NCBI GenBank assembly: GCA_963735805.1
Contig: CAVTMK010000002.1
Location: 992,001 to 1,056,000, forward strand
Source: an uncultured Verrucomicrobiae bacterium
Lineage (GTDB): Bacteria > Verrucomicrobiota > Verrucomicrobiia > Chthoniobacterales > UBA10450
DNA: 64,000 nucleotides
Reading direction: 5' to 3'
Within the stretch, counting starts at the first letter, position 1. Each line of letters opens with the position of its first letter. Positions 1 through 9,392 of this stretch are shown here, piece by piece. The notes below the pieces were generated by a model. The model did not search any database and was not told where the DNA came from. It worked only from the letters and a program-made list of their open reading frames with translations. A program made the position numbers and the translations under genes.

Positions 1-1215
1 AAGGTACGCCCAGGCCCATTGGAAGAGTACCAGCAGCCGGTTTCGGAAACCGACCAGGAAAAATATGTGCACGAACAACCAGGCCAGCCAGGCGGGCAGC
101 CCGCTAAGGTGCACGAATCTTAAATTTGCGACAGCTTTGTTTCGGCCGATCGTTGCAAGGGTCCCCTTGTCCCAATAATGGAAGCGGCGCGGTTTTCGCC
201 CCTTAATCATTGCAAGAACGTTACGCGCGGCGTGACGTCCTTGTTGCATCGCGACTGGCGAAACTCCCGGCAAAGGTTCCCCAGTCTGATGGGAAAAATT
301 CGCAAGGTCCCCAATCACCTGAACTTCAGGGTGGCCCGGAATCGTAAGGTCGTCGTTTACAACGGTGCGACCAACCCGGTCTACTGGCACTCCAAGAGTT
401 TTTCCAACGAACGATGCATTATTACCAGCTGCCCAGATTTTAACACGACAGGGAATGAATTCGTCGCCGATCTGTACTCCGCCCTCCGTAATATTCGTTG
501 CCCGCGTACCCGTGCGCACATCCACGCCAAGATCGACGAGCTGTTTCTGCGCGCTCCGTGACAAATCCTCGGGAAAGGCACCGAGCAGGCGCGGGTCCCC
601 TTCGATCAGAATCACGCGCGCCTGTGATGGATCGATGTGACGAAAATCCTTCGCCAGGGTGTGACGTGAAATTTCTGCGATCGCGCCAGCCATTTCCACA
701 CCCGTCGGTCCGCCACCGATGATAACAAACGTCATGGCTGCCTTGCGCGCCGCTTCATCGTCGATTTTCTCCGCGTATTCGAATGCCATGAGAATCCGGC
801 GCCTGAGCTCAACCGCGTCTTCAAGGCTCTTCAACCCGGGCGCCAACTTCTCCCAATCATTATGTCCAAAGTAGGAATGCCGGGCGCCAGTCGCGAGGAT
901 GAGGTAATCGTAGTCGAATTCCAGGTCGGTGGTTTTCACTTTTTTGGCCGCTACGTCTACGGACTCCACTTCAGCGAGAATTACCTCTACGTTTTTCGAT
1001 TTGCTCAAGACTGAACGCACCGGAGCCGCAATGTCGGCGGGTGAGAGCGCAGCGGTCGCGACCTGGTAGAGTAAAGGCTGAAAAAGATGGTAATTTGTGC
1101 GGTCGATCACGGTGATCTGAACATCCTTATGAGCAAGTTTCTTCGCCGCCTCAAGACCGCCAAATCCAGCACCAACAATTATAACGCGAGGTTTTTGATT
1201 CTGTGATTCCGTCAT
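1..1215 (-). CDS. ndh: Type II NADH dehydrogenase / NAD(P)-FAD oxidoreductase (3' end runs off the window)
   Basis: Manual translation from the ATG at 1215 gives MTESQNQKPRVIIVGAGFGGLEAAKKL...IDRTNYHLFQPLLYQVAT...DYDYLILATGA, the classic NDH-2 motifs. Absent from the ORF track because it has no stop in the window. Confidence 0.9.
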   Translation of the reverse strand, partial: MTESQNQKPRVIIVGAGFGGLEAAKKLAHKDVQITVIDRTNYHLFQPLLYQVATAALSPADIAAPVRSVLSKSKNVEVILAEVESVDVAAKKVKTTDLEFDYDYLILATGARHSYFGHNDWEKLAPGLKSLEDAVELRRRILMAFEYAEKIDDEAARKAAMTFVIIGGGPTGVEMAGAIAEISRHTLAKDFRHIDPSQARVILIEGDPRLLGAFPEDLSRSAQKQLVDLGVDVRTGTRATNITEGGVQIGDEFIPCRVKIWAAGNNASFVGKTLGVPVDRVGRTVVNDDLTIPGHPEVQVIGDLANFSHQTGEPLPGVSPVAMQQGRHAARNVLAMIKGRKPRRFHYWDKGTLATIGRNKAVANLRFVHLSGLPAWLAWLFVHIFFLVGFRNRLLVLFQWAWAYL

Positions 1216-1356
1216 TCTCGAATACTCCAGCAACGTTCAACCTCGAAATGATCGTGGGTAAACGCTTCACGCACAACACTGAGCATTCAAGCCAGGCTGT
1301 TGGCTACAACAAAAGACGGTTGTTAAAACCACGTCTGCTATTATGTTTGTTGCCTT

Positions 1357-1566
1357 ATGCCAAAGCCGATCGCTCGCAGTAAAACCCGCAAAGCAGTTGC
1401 AAAACGCTTTAAGATCACGGCGCGTGGCAAAGTGCTGCGGGCGCACTCTTCTCGGCGGCACTTGCTGTCACTAAAAAGTGCAAAGCGAAAGCGCCATTTA
1501 AGCAAATCGGCACGCGTGGACGAAACCGATGTCGCCCGCATCAAGGCAAACCTGCCATTTGGTTAA
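1357..1566 (+). CDS. rpmI: 50S ribosomal protein L35
   Basis: KTRKAVAKRFKITARGK...RHLL..KSAKRKRHL is the L35 signature. Confidence 0.95.
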   Translation: MPKPIARSKTRKAVAKRFKITARGKVLRAHSSRRHLLSLKSAKRKRHLSKSARVDETDVARIKANLPFG

Positions 1567-1612
1567 AGCGCTGCCCTTGTTTCTGTCACCGTTAGGCTCC
1601 GTCAGAGTTTAG

Positions 1613-1810
1613 TTAGTAACGGTGCAGGCCTGCCGTCGGAGCCGTTTCCTGGCTGCTAGTTGTTGTTGTGACGCCGTACCATTGACGCGCCGCTTCAAGC
1701 GACTCTGGTGCCGGTTCGGGACTGTAAAGATCGCGCCGATTAACGAGTGTTGTGCAGGAGTCCACCGTGCCCAGCAGAATAATGAGGAGGAGCGGCGCGA
1801 ACCATTTCAC
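1613..1810 (-). CDS. Small putative lipoprotein
   Basis: From the GTG at 1810: MKWFAPLLLIILLGTVDSC, a hydrophobic signal followed by Cys. Confidence 0.55.
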   Translation of the reverse strand: MKWFAPLLLIILLGTVDSCTTLVNRRDLYSPEPAPESLEAARQWYGVTTTTSSQETAPTAGLHRY

Positions 1811-1908
1811 GCCGTCGATGCAAACAGATGCTTCTCGGCTTGTCAATGTCTCGGCATTTCAGGAACGCAGTCGGTTGCGCGATGCTGGTGTTGGATGGAA
1901 ATTCAACC

Positions 1909-2004
1909 TCCGCCAGGGGCTATGGATTGAGGACTTACGAATCCCGCCAGGGCAGGAATGCAGCAACGGTAGTCTGATCCTCCTTGCCGTAGTTCTCTGG
2001 CGGA
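1909..2004 (+). ncRNA. ffs: Signal recognition particle RNA (small bacterial 4.5S type)
   Basis: Contains the domain IV motif GCCAGGGCA-GGAA-TGCAGCAAC. The ends TCCGCCAG...CTGGCGGA pair into a long hairpin, followed by CTTTTTT. Confidence 0.9.
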
Positions 2005-2052
2005 CTTTTTTGCGATAGCGTCACCGCCGTGTGCCCCTTCAGGGATCAAGTC

Positions 2053-2340
2053 ATGAAATTGCTAAAGACTAGGACCGCACGTTTTTCCCACGTCGTTGAA
2101 AAATGTGGCAAGGCGCACGTTTATACACTTTGGCAAAAACCCTCTGCGGATCGTCACCTTCAGACACAGCTAAAGACTAATCGAGTCATGACGATCCTTA
2201 AGACTGAAAGCGGCACGGATTTTGGAATTGCTGGGTTTAAAGAAAAGAAAGGCGCTACTTATCTGGTTTTCTCCAAATCGTTGAAGCGCTTTGCAGACAA
2301 GCGAGTCATTGGGATTGACTGGGCCCTTGTCGGTGATTAG
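2053..2340 (+). CDS. Hypothetical protein
   Basis: Clean ORF from the ATG at 2053; basic composition; no family recognised. Confidence 0.6.
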   Translation: MKLLKTRTARFSHVVEKCGKAHVYTLWQKPSADRHLQTQLKTNRVMTILKTESGTDFGIAGFKEKKGATYLVFSKSLKRFADKRVIGIDWALVGD

Positions 2341-2452
2341 CACTCACGAACTCGACGGCTTTAAGCCATCAGTTTCGGGTTCCACCCTTTTTGCCTGTGA
2401 TGGGCACAGCACTACCGCTATCGGAGGCCGCGGTCGTGCCATCCCTCAGACG

Positions 2453-2788
2453 CTACCCTGGCGGCCAGGCGAGGGCGCGTCTGCCAAGAAGGTGCACATG
2501 TAAATGCGGAACACTTTCACCAGCATCTGGCCCGCAATTGATAACGACACGATAGCCGTTCGATAATTCGAGTTTCTTTGCCAGATCTCGCGCCACCAGA
2601 AGTAGTTTGCCGAGCAGCGGACGATCTTCATCCTTCGCATCCGAAAGACGAGGAACGACCCTCTTGGGCACGATCAGCACGTGCACGGGGGCTTGTGGAT
2701 TAACATCGTGAAAAGCGACTGCATCGTCATCTTCCCAGATGATTTTCGCTGGAATTTGGCGTGCGATGATTTTTTCGAAAATGGTCAT
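2453..2788 (-). CDS. HIT family nucleotide-binding protein
   Basis: MTIFEKII...AFHDVNPQAPVHVLIVPK...VPHLHVHLLG histidine triad. Confidence 0.95.
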   Translation of the reverse strand: MTIFEKIIARQIPAKIIWEDDDAVAFHDVNPQAPVHVLIVPKRVVPRLSDAKDEDRPLLGKLLLVARDLAKKLELSNGYRVVINCGPDAGESVPHLHVHLLGRRALAWPPG

Positions 2789-2901
2789 GGCGTGAAGTGA
2801 TTGGTCACCGAGAGAATTTGGGTAAATCTGCGCATTCTGGCCGTAATTCAAATGTGAAACGCTATGGATTCAAAGCTTTCCGGTTACCCCAATGGACCTC
2901 C

Positions 2902-3468
2902 TTAGCGCAGCGAACAATCGATTCTCACAACCGTCGGATCCACTGCGGAGGTTAGCTTCTCGCGGACGAAACAAACAATTTCCTCGCGCAACGGGTCGCA
3001 GGCGCGCGTCCAGCTTTTTACTCCGCGAAGATGTTTCACACATGGCTGCAGCGAACAAAGGTGGAGATTATCGGCGCCGGTTTCGATCAGGCTGTTAATT
3101 CGCTTTTCCAAAAGATCAAAAAATGCGAGCTCGTAACCTGCGCCCGCATGGTAAGCGATGTCCAGTAACGAGATCGAGATTGGCGGTGGCGCGGGGGCAA
3201 AATGCGGCACAATTTCCTTGTATCCGATTGCTTTCAGCACAAACCGCACAGTCTGTGACAATTGACTGAACGCGACGACGCTTTCGTCGTTTCGCAAGTG
3301 CAGGTAAAAAGCGATGCTTTCGGTCACGTGATCGGTCAACCACCAACTGGGGTAGCCAGCTTCATCGGCCGCTCGCGTGATCGCGGCGTGCAGCCAATTG
3401 CGATCAAATTCGAACAGTTGGCCCGACTCGGTGCGAAGATATGGGAACTCTTCCTTAAACGCGACCAT
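2902..3468 (-). CDS. Hypothetical protein with a degenerate ATP-cone-like N-terminus
   Basis: Overlaps the nrdR stop. The N-terminus SGQLFEFDRNWLHAAITRAA follows the ATP-cone pattern. Confidence 0.7.
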   Translation of the reverse strand: MVAFKEEFPYLRTESGQLFEFDRNWLHAAITRAADEAGYPSWWLTDHVTESIAFYLHLRNDESVVAFSQLSQTVRFVLKAIGYKEIVPHFAPAPPPISISLLDIAYHAGAGYELAFFDLLEKRINSLIETGADNLHLCSLQPCVKHLRGVKSWTRACDPLREEIVCFVREKLTSAVDPTVVRIDCSLR

Positions 3469-4009
3469 GATTCTTAGTGACTAGAATGTTGTGCGACCCA
3501 GCCGTGGGTTTCTGCTCGGTCTCAGGAGGAAATAATTCCCGCTGAAGCGTGTTTGGTTTTACGCGGCGGCCAAGAGTGTGAATGGCATCCACAAATTGGT
3601 CGACACCTTCGAACCGCTGGTACACTGAGGCGTAACGCAAGTAGGCCACCTCATCGATCGCACGTAGTTTTTCGAGCACTTTGGCGCCGATTACGGACGA
3701 AGGAACCTCGCGGCCGCTCGTTTCAAGTTCGTGTACAATCTCATCCACGGTGTCCTCCAGAGTGAGAAGACTTGTAGAACGCTTTTCGAAGGCTTTCGCG
3801 ATACTGGCTGCCAGTTTGCGTCGATCAAATGGTTCGTGGGTTCTGTCACGTTTTACCACGCGCAGATCGGAGCGCTCGATTTCTTCGTAGGTAGTAAAGC
3901 GAAACTTGCATTTCAAACATTCGCGGCGACGACGAATACTTGAACTATCCCGCGACTGACGGGAATCGATGACCTTGTCATCACGAGACCCGCACTTGGG
4001 GCAACGCAT
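3455..4009 (-). CDS. nrdR: Transcriptional repressor NrdR
   Basis: MRCPKCG..DKVIDSR...IRRRRECLKCKFRFTTYE zinc ribbon, an ATP cone, and DEVAYLRYASVY. Confidence 0.97.
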   Translation of the reverse strand: MRCPKCGSRDDKVIDSRQSRDSSSIRRRRECLKCKFRFTTYEEIERSDLRVVKRDRTHEPFDRRKLAASIAKAFEKRSTSLLTLEDTVDEIVHELETSGREVPSSVIGAKVLEKLRAIDEVAYLRYASVYQRFEGVDQFVDAIHTLGRRVKPNTLQRELFPPETEQKPTAGSHNILVTKNHGRV

Positions 4010-4024
4010 AGTATGAGAATGGCA

Positions 4025-4052
4025 ATTACCACACTATTCCTTGTGGTGTCAA
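4025..4052 (-). promoter_or_regulatory. Putative nrdR promoter with an NrdR-box-like site in the spacer
   Basis: Minus strand reads TTGACA-CCACAAGGAATAGTGT-GGTAAT. The 16-bp spacer (4031-4046) resembles the NrdR box consensus acaCwAtATaTwGtg. Confidence 0.5.
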
Positions 4053-4187
4053 CGCTTCTTTGATTGTTTGTACAAATCAGCGGAACAGTCGAAAAAACGA
4101 TGCGTCCTCGTATTGTTTTGCATTGAACCGACTAGAAGAACGCCCGGCAATTGACGCAACGCATCAGTAACGATACACGCATTCCAG

Positions 4188-5159
4188 ATGCAAAAACGCC
4201 CGGCAGACAGTGTTCACTATGGTCCTTGGCTGGTTGGCCTCGGGGCTGCGCTATGGGGAACTGAGAGCGCGTGGCGCATCCCACTCAACGAGTTGTTCGA
4301 TGCCAAGGTAATCGTGTTTTGGGAACACGTGCTCATTTTAATCATGTTCCTGCCGATTCTAGTCCCGCATCTGAAGGAGATTCCAAGAATCCGCGCACAC
4401 ACGTGGGGCTTTCTTCTATTCTCAGGATTCGCCGGCTCTGCGGTCGGCACAATTTTCTTTACGCTGGCACTCAAGTACGGAAACCCGACCGTGGTGAATG
4501 TCGTTCTGAATATCCAGCCTGTTATTTCAACCGTTGGTGCATTCTTGCTTTTCGGCGACAGGCTTGCCCATCGCTTCTTCTTTTATGCTGCTACCGCCGT
4601 CGTCGCCGGTATCTTCGTTTCCGTCACGCATCCAACGATGATCGGTGTCTCTTTTGAGCGCGCCGGCCTTAATCTTGGCTCGGGATACGCGCTGATCTGT
4701 GCGCTGTTCTGGGGACTATCGACGGTTGCTGGCCGCGGGGTGATGACCGGCATGTCGCTTCGACTTGCGTCGGGCATGCGCATTGTCGTCGGCCTCGCGT
4801 GCATGACGCTGATTCTTCTCGCCTATGGCAAACTTCACGGCGCAGCGCTCTGGCCAGCGACGGCACAAGCAAACGCTGGTAAGGCGGTCGTCCTGCTTTT
4901 GTGTTTGGCGTCGATCTCAGGCGGAATTCCGCTCCTGATTTATTTTCAAGGATTGCATCTTACGCGCGCATCAACGGCCGGTTATTTCGAAATGATGCAA
5001 ACACTTGCGGCGGTGTGCATCACATGGGGAATCTTCCACGCGACACTTCACGCGCATCAAGTACTCGCAGCCATCGTGCTGATCGCCGCGGTGGCGATGG
5101 TTCATCATGTGCAAAAACAGGTTGAATCCGCAGGTCAGCAGGTTGCGAAAAATTACTAA
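4188..5159 (+). CDS. DMT/EamA family transporter
   Basis: About 10 hydrophobic segments in two EamA-like halves (ALWG...; ALFWG...). Confidence 0.85.
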   Translation: MQKRPADSVHYGPWLVGLGAALWGTESAWRIPLNELFDAKVIVFWEHVLILIMFLPILVPHLKEIPRIRAHTWGFLLFSGFAGSAVGTIFFTLALKYGNPTVVNVVLNIQPVISTVGAFLLFGDRLAHRFFFYAATAVVAGIFVSVTHPTMIGVSFERAGLNLGSGYALICALFWGLSTVAGRGVMTGMSLRLASGMRIVVGLACMTLILLAYGKLHGAALWPATAQANAGKAVVLLLCLASISGGIPLLIYFQGLHLTRASTAGYFEMMQTLAAVCITWGIFHATLHAHQVLAAIVLIAAVAMVHHVQKQVESAGQQVAKNY

Positions 5160-6335
5160 TTACGGCGGAATTACCCAATAATCAGTTGAGGTCCTACTTC
5201 CGTTGTATTTTAGGAGATGTCGTTTTGCAGCAGGATAATCATCGCGGATTAGCCAATACAAATCTTCCAGGACAGGTCTCTCAAGAAACAGGCGATGCTT
5301 TTTGAGAGAGTCCTCTTTCGAGGAGAAAGAAACATCGACCAGGTCAATCTCCCCGGGAAGCTGTTTCTCGTAATACAGAAAGGTCTGAATCTCGTCCAGA
5401 TTTGTGTCCGGAGAGAATTGCTCCGGCAGACCGATCGAATCGACGTTGTATAGGAGTTTGCCCAATAACAGGACATTGTCGTCAGAAGCAACATAGATCG
5501 TCAATCGGTTGACCAAAGTTTGTAGTGCAGGCTTGAAGTTTTGATCAAATTCTTCCCTATCTACATTGGGAGCAATAAAGATTACGTGATCCAGTTTCAG
5601 GTTCTTGAGATTTGGATCGTTGTATAGCTTTTCCAAAGCCAAGCACACCAGTCGGCAGCCAAGACTGTGCGCGATGATGATGATTTTTGGCGGCTTAACT
5701 TCGTTGTTGATTGCCTCCAGCAGGTCCACCAGATGCTTTGTAGAGTGAGGAATCTGAAGTACGTCGCGCGTGTAGCCGAGGACCGATTCGTTGCTTGTCC
5801 AATCGAACGTAAGAACGTTTGCGTCGATGTTCAGGGCGCGCGCGACTTGCGCACAGTGTACCGTGCTGAGGGGAAATGAAGCCCGGTAACCGTGGATCCA
5901 AATGACTAAAGGTTTTCCGGATTGACCCTGAAGGAATTGGAGAAACGCTGAGTAGGGAATCGATTCCACCTTCTTGATCGCACCGCCGTCTATGGGCGAG
6001 CTGAATGGATGATACTGCGGCACTTGGACGTTTATCAGGCCGTACGAAGGCTGTCCTGCGTATTCGCTGAGGTAAGTGACGTTTCCATCCGTGAGAGGCC
6101 CTGCTTTCCTGTCGGTGACATAGCCAATTGTCTCGTTGAAGTTTCGGCTAACCATGAATGGCCGGACTCTTCCTTGCAGAAGCCGAGTCAGACCTGCACC
6201 AAGGTGCGTCGGAATCGGAAAGTAAACAGCTGTGACCGATCCCAGAATGTAACAGAGCGCTGCGAGAAGAACGACAAGAGCGGTCTTTTTTCGCACGAAT
6301 TTGATTTTATTTTGCGTCGTGCTGGTGTGAAGCAC
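5160..6335 (-). CDS. Alpha/beta hydrolase (DUF900-like)
   Basis: VIWIHGY, FDWTS, the IIAHSLG nucleophile elbow, APNVD and YVASDD; N-terminal membrane anchor. Confidence 0.8.
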   Translation of the reverse strand: MLHTSTTQNKIKFVRKKTALVVLLAALCYILGSVTAVYFPIPTHLGAGLTRLLQGRVRPFMVSRNFNETIGYVTDRKAGPLTDGNVTYLSEYAGQPSYGLINVQVPQYHPFSSPIDGGAIKKVESIPYSAFLQFLQGQSGKPLVIWIHGYRASFPLSTVHCAQVARALNIDANVLTFDWTSNESVLGYTRDVLQIPHSTKHLVDLLEAINNEVKPPKIIIIAHSLGCRLVCLALEKLYNDPNLKNLKLDHVIFIAPNVDREEFDQNFKPALQTLVNRLTIYVASDDNVLLLGKLLYNVDSIGLPEQFSPDTNLDEIQTFLYYEKQLPGEIDLVDVSFSSKEDSLKKHRLFLERPVLEDLYWLIRDDYPAAKRHLLKYNGSRTSTDYWVIPP

Positions 6336-6392
6336 AAGTCGCGCGTGGACGTCCCTCCGCTTAACACGTCCGAGCGGTCGTGATATTCCCTG

Positions 6393-9296
6393 CTAAATGG
6401 TCTTTGCTTCCTTTGATTCTCCGTCGTGCGCGGGTTTCTCTGGGAATTCGAAACCAACTTTTCCGTCCTCCAATTTCAAGTAGGCGGAGAACGGTCGACC
6501 TCGCTTTGAGATGAAGCCCTCGAGAAGATCGGTTTTCCCCGTTGCTAGTAGCTTCTGCGCCTGCTCGCTTGGAATATCCTTCCCAAGAATCGTCTTGCTT
6601 AGCCTAAATTTGCAGGGTTTTCGGTCAGCCTGGGAGCGCTCACAGATGTAGCTATTCTCTGTTTCAAAAATCCTTCCGCCGCACTTTGGACACTTTCCGA
6701 GCGCCTCTTGTCCTGAAAAATCGATTTTAGCGGCTGGCTCGCTGGGCTTTCGTTCCTTTTTTGCCTTTGGCTCGCGCTTTTCGAATTCGAAGCCTACGTC
6801 TTTCTTGTCGGTAACTACCAGAAACGCTTTGAACGGCCTGCCCTTGCGGGAAATGAACCGCGGTAACAAATCGGTTTTGCCGGCATTGAGCAGTTTTTTG
6901 AGCTGTTCGTGGTCTACCGGTTGTTGAAGGATGACCTTGCCGGCACGAAAGTCGCACGTCTTGTTGGGGCCAACTGAGTTTTCGCAGAGGTAGCTCATTC
7001 CCAGTTCGAAGACGCGACCGCCGCACTTTGGGCATTTGCCAAGCGGCTCCTTTCCCGAAAAATCCACCGATTGCGCGGCGCCGTTCTCCTGACCATTCGG
7101 TCCGAAATCAAATTCAGCCTTGAAGTCGTCGTTTAGCTTAAGCACCGCGGGGAAACGCGTGCCTTTCCTGCTTCGAAAGCCGCTTAACGGCCCGACATGT
7201 TTATCGCGGACGAGGGCTTCAAATTCTTCCCGGCTAAGCAATCGTCCCGCAATTGTCTTCCAAATCGTGAAGTCGCACTCTTCGTTTGTGCAGGTAAAAC
7301 TCTTGAATCGCTCAACGATGGGCGAGCCACACTTTGGGCATTTACCGAAAGGCTCGCTGTCGGGCATGTGGTCATCGGGATGAAAATGCTTCGCCTTTCC
7401 TACGATTTCTTCAGTAAGATGGCGGATGTCGTGCATGAACGCGTCGCGCGTAAGTTTGCGATGCTCGATTTCACGTAAACGAAATTCCCACTCACCGGTA
7501 AGCTCCGGGCTGGTTAATTCGGGCACCGCATTCTTCAAGAGGGTGATCGTTTGGATGGCTTTCGCGGTCGGATGCAATTCCTTTCCGTGTCTGGTGAGGT
7601 AATGCGCTGAAATCAAGGTTTCGATGATTGACGCGCGCGTCGCTGGTGTGCCGAGGCCTTTTTCCTTCATCGCCTCGCGCAACTCCTCGTCTTCCACAAA
7701 TTTTCCCGCAGATTCCATCGCGCTGAGGATGGTCGCCTCGGTATAGCGAGCCGGCGGCTTGGTTTGATCGGTTTTGACGTCGATGCCTATTGCAACGACG
7801 CGTTCACCTTGACTTACGGGAGGGAGGTTTTCTTCCGGTTTTTCGCCGGCCACTTCGCGGCCATAAACTTCCAGCCATCCCGGCGCGATCAGAATTTTTC
7901 CTTCCGTCTTGAATGGTTCGCTTTCTACACGCGTGATCCGAGTCGTGTTCTCAAATTGTGCGGGCGGAAAGAATACGGCCACAAATCGCTTGGCCACCAT
8001 ATCGAAGAGCTTTTGTTCATAATCATCGAGTGAGCGTGAAATGGCGCCGGTTGGAATAATGGCGAAATGATCGCCCACTTTTGCGTCGTTAAAGATACGT
8101 TTGTTGGGCTTAACCCAATTGTTCTCCAGCGCCTTTCGAGCCAATGGATTATCGATCTTGGCCAGCGTCGATCTTACTGTGGGTAGGTAATCCTCCGGCA
8201 ACGCGCGCGAGTCTGTCCGAGGGTAAGTGATCGCTTTGTGCCTCTCGTAAAGGGCCTGCGCGATTTGCAACGTGCGTTTCGCGGAAAAACCGAAGCGATT
8301 GTTCGCTTCGCGCTGCAAGGTCGTAAGATCATACAGTTGCGGCGCGACCTGCGTGGTCGGCTTTTTCTCTTCCAGTTCGACAATTCCTTCCTTGCCACTA
8401 CACCTGTGCTGAATGGCCTCCGCAATTTCGCGATGCCACAATCGCGGCGCGGCGCGGTGCTCGTCCCAAAGGGAGCCATTTGCCGGGTCAAGTTGCTGCT
8501 CGGCCTCAGGCAAATTCAACTGGAACCGATCGAGCAGTCGCTGTGTCCGCTCACTTTCGGTCTCATCTTTCTTGAAGGCTTCATCGAACCATCGTCCTGT
8601 GTATTCGCCTGCTGCGGCCTGAAATTTTCCAATGATCTCACGTAGCTCCCGCGGCTTGAATTCCAGGATCTTTTTCTCGCGATCCACAATGATAGTCAGC
8701 GTGGGCGTCTGGACGCGTCCAAGTGAAGTGACCGTGCTGCCGCGTCCACCGCTAAGTCGCAACGTAAATGCCCGTGTTGAGTTGATACCGACAAGCCAAT
8801 CCGCCTCGTTCCGGCTCCGTGCTGCGCTGGCCAGCGGTTGCATCTCAGCATCGCTACGCAGTCGGGCGAATCCATCGCGAATCGCCTCGGGTGTCATCGA
8901 TTGTAACCAGAGGCGCTTAATTGGCTTCTTTGTGCCGGCGTATTGAACGATGTAGCGGAAAATTAATTCGCCTTCGCGCCCCGCGTCGCATGCGTTGATG
9001 ATGTCCGAAACGTTTTTGTCTTTGATGAGCTTACGAAGAACATTGACCCGGCTGCCCATTTTTTCTGCAGGCGCGAGTTCAAATTCCGCGGGCATGATAG
9101 GCAGTTTCTTCATGTCCCACTTATCCTGCTCTTTCATTGATGCCGGTACCGCGAGCGCGAACAAGTGACCGACTGCCCACGAGATGAGATATTTCTCATT
9201 CTCGTAGTAATCCTTACCTTTCTTGAAGCCACCAAGGGCCTTGGCGATGTCGCCTGCAACGGATGGCTTCTCTGTAATTATGAGAGACTTGGACAT
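6393..9296 (-). CDS. topB: Type IA DNA topoisomerase, topoisomerase III type, with C-terminal Cys-rich repeats
   Basis: LIITEKPSVA, NACDAGREGELIF, GRVQTPTL and the catalytic ITYPRTDS; repeated GKCPKCG...F.S(R/K)(K/R)G..F modules. Confidence 0.9.
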   Translation of the reverse strand: MSKSLIITEKPSVAGDIAKALGGFKKGKDYYENEKYLISWAVGHLFALAVPASMKEQDKWDMKKLPIMPAEFELAPAEKMGSRVNVLRKLIKDKNVSDIINACDAGREGELIFRYIVQYAGTKKPIKRLWLQSMTPEAIRDGFARLRSDAEMQPLASAARSRNEADWLVGINSTRAFTLRLSGGRGSTVTSLGRVQTPTLTIIVDREKKILEFKPRELREIIGKFQAAAGEYTGRWFDEAFKKDETESERTQRLLDRFQLNLPEAEQQLDPANGSLWDEHRAAPRLWHREIAEAIQHRCSGKEGIVELEEKKPTTQVAPQLYDLTTLQREANNRFGFSAKRTLQIAQALYERHKAITYPRTDSRALPEDYLPTVRSTLAKIDNPLARKALENNWVKPNKRIFNDAKVGDHFAIIPTGAISRSLDDYEQKLFDMVAKRFVAVFFPPAQFENTTRITRVESEPFKTEGKILIAPGWLEVYGREVAGEKPEENLPPVSQGERVVAIGIDVKTDQTKPPARYTEATILSAMESAGKFVEDEELREAMKEKGLGTPATRASIIETLISAHYLTRHGKELHPTAKAIQTITLLKNAVPELTSPELTGEWEFRLREIEHRKLTRDAFMHDIRHLTEEIVGKAKHFHPDDHMPDSEPFGKCPKCGSPIVERFKSFTCTNEECDFTIWKTIAGRLLSREEFEALVRDKHVGPLSGFRSRKGTRFPAVLKLNDDFKAEFDFGPNGQENGAAQSVDFSGKEPLGKCPKCGGRVFELGMSYLCENSVGPNKTCDFRAGKVILQQPVDHEQLKKLLNAGKTDLLPRFISRKGRPFKAFLVVTDKKDVGFEFEKREPKAKKERKPSEPAAKIDFSGQEALGKCPKCGGRIFETENSYICERSQADRKPCKFRLSKTILGKDIPSEQAQKLLATGKTDLLEGFISKRGRPFSAYLKLEDGKVGFEFPEKPAHDGESKEAKTI

Positions 9297-9392
9297 GGGG
9301 GCTGGGAATCGAACCCAGTTACAGGACTTTTGCAAGTGGGAGCACGTTTTGAGCGTGCGTGCCCCCGGGGGAAGGCATGTGTAACGTAATGT

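Noticed and set aside
178..722. Several short ORFs in the track
   Set aside because: They are shadows of the ndh gene on the minus strand.
1622..2018. Plus-strand ORFs of 102 and 88 aa
   Set aside because: They overlap the SRP RNA and the antisense lipoprotein gene and have no protein-like features.
1880..2040. Possible RNase P RNA or riboswitch
   Set aside because: Too short and lacks RNase P conserved motifs; the SRP domain IV motif explains it.
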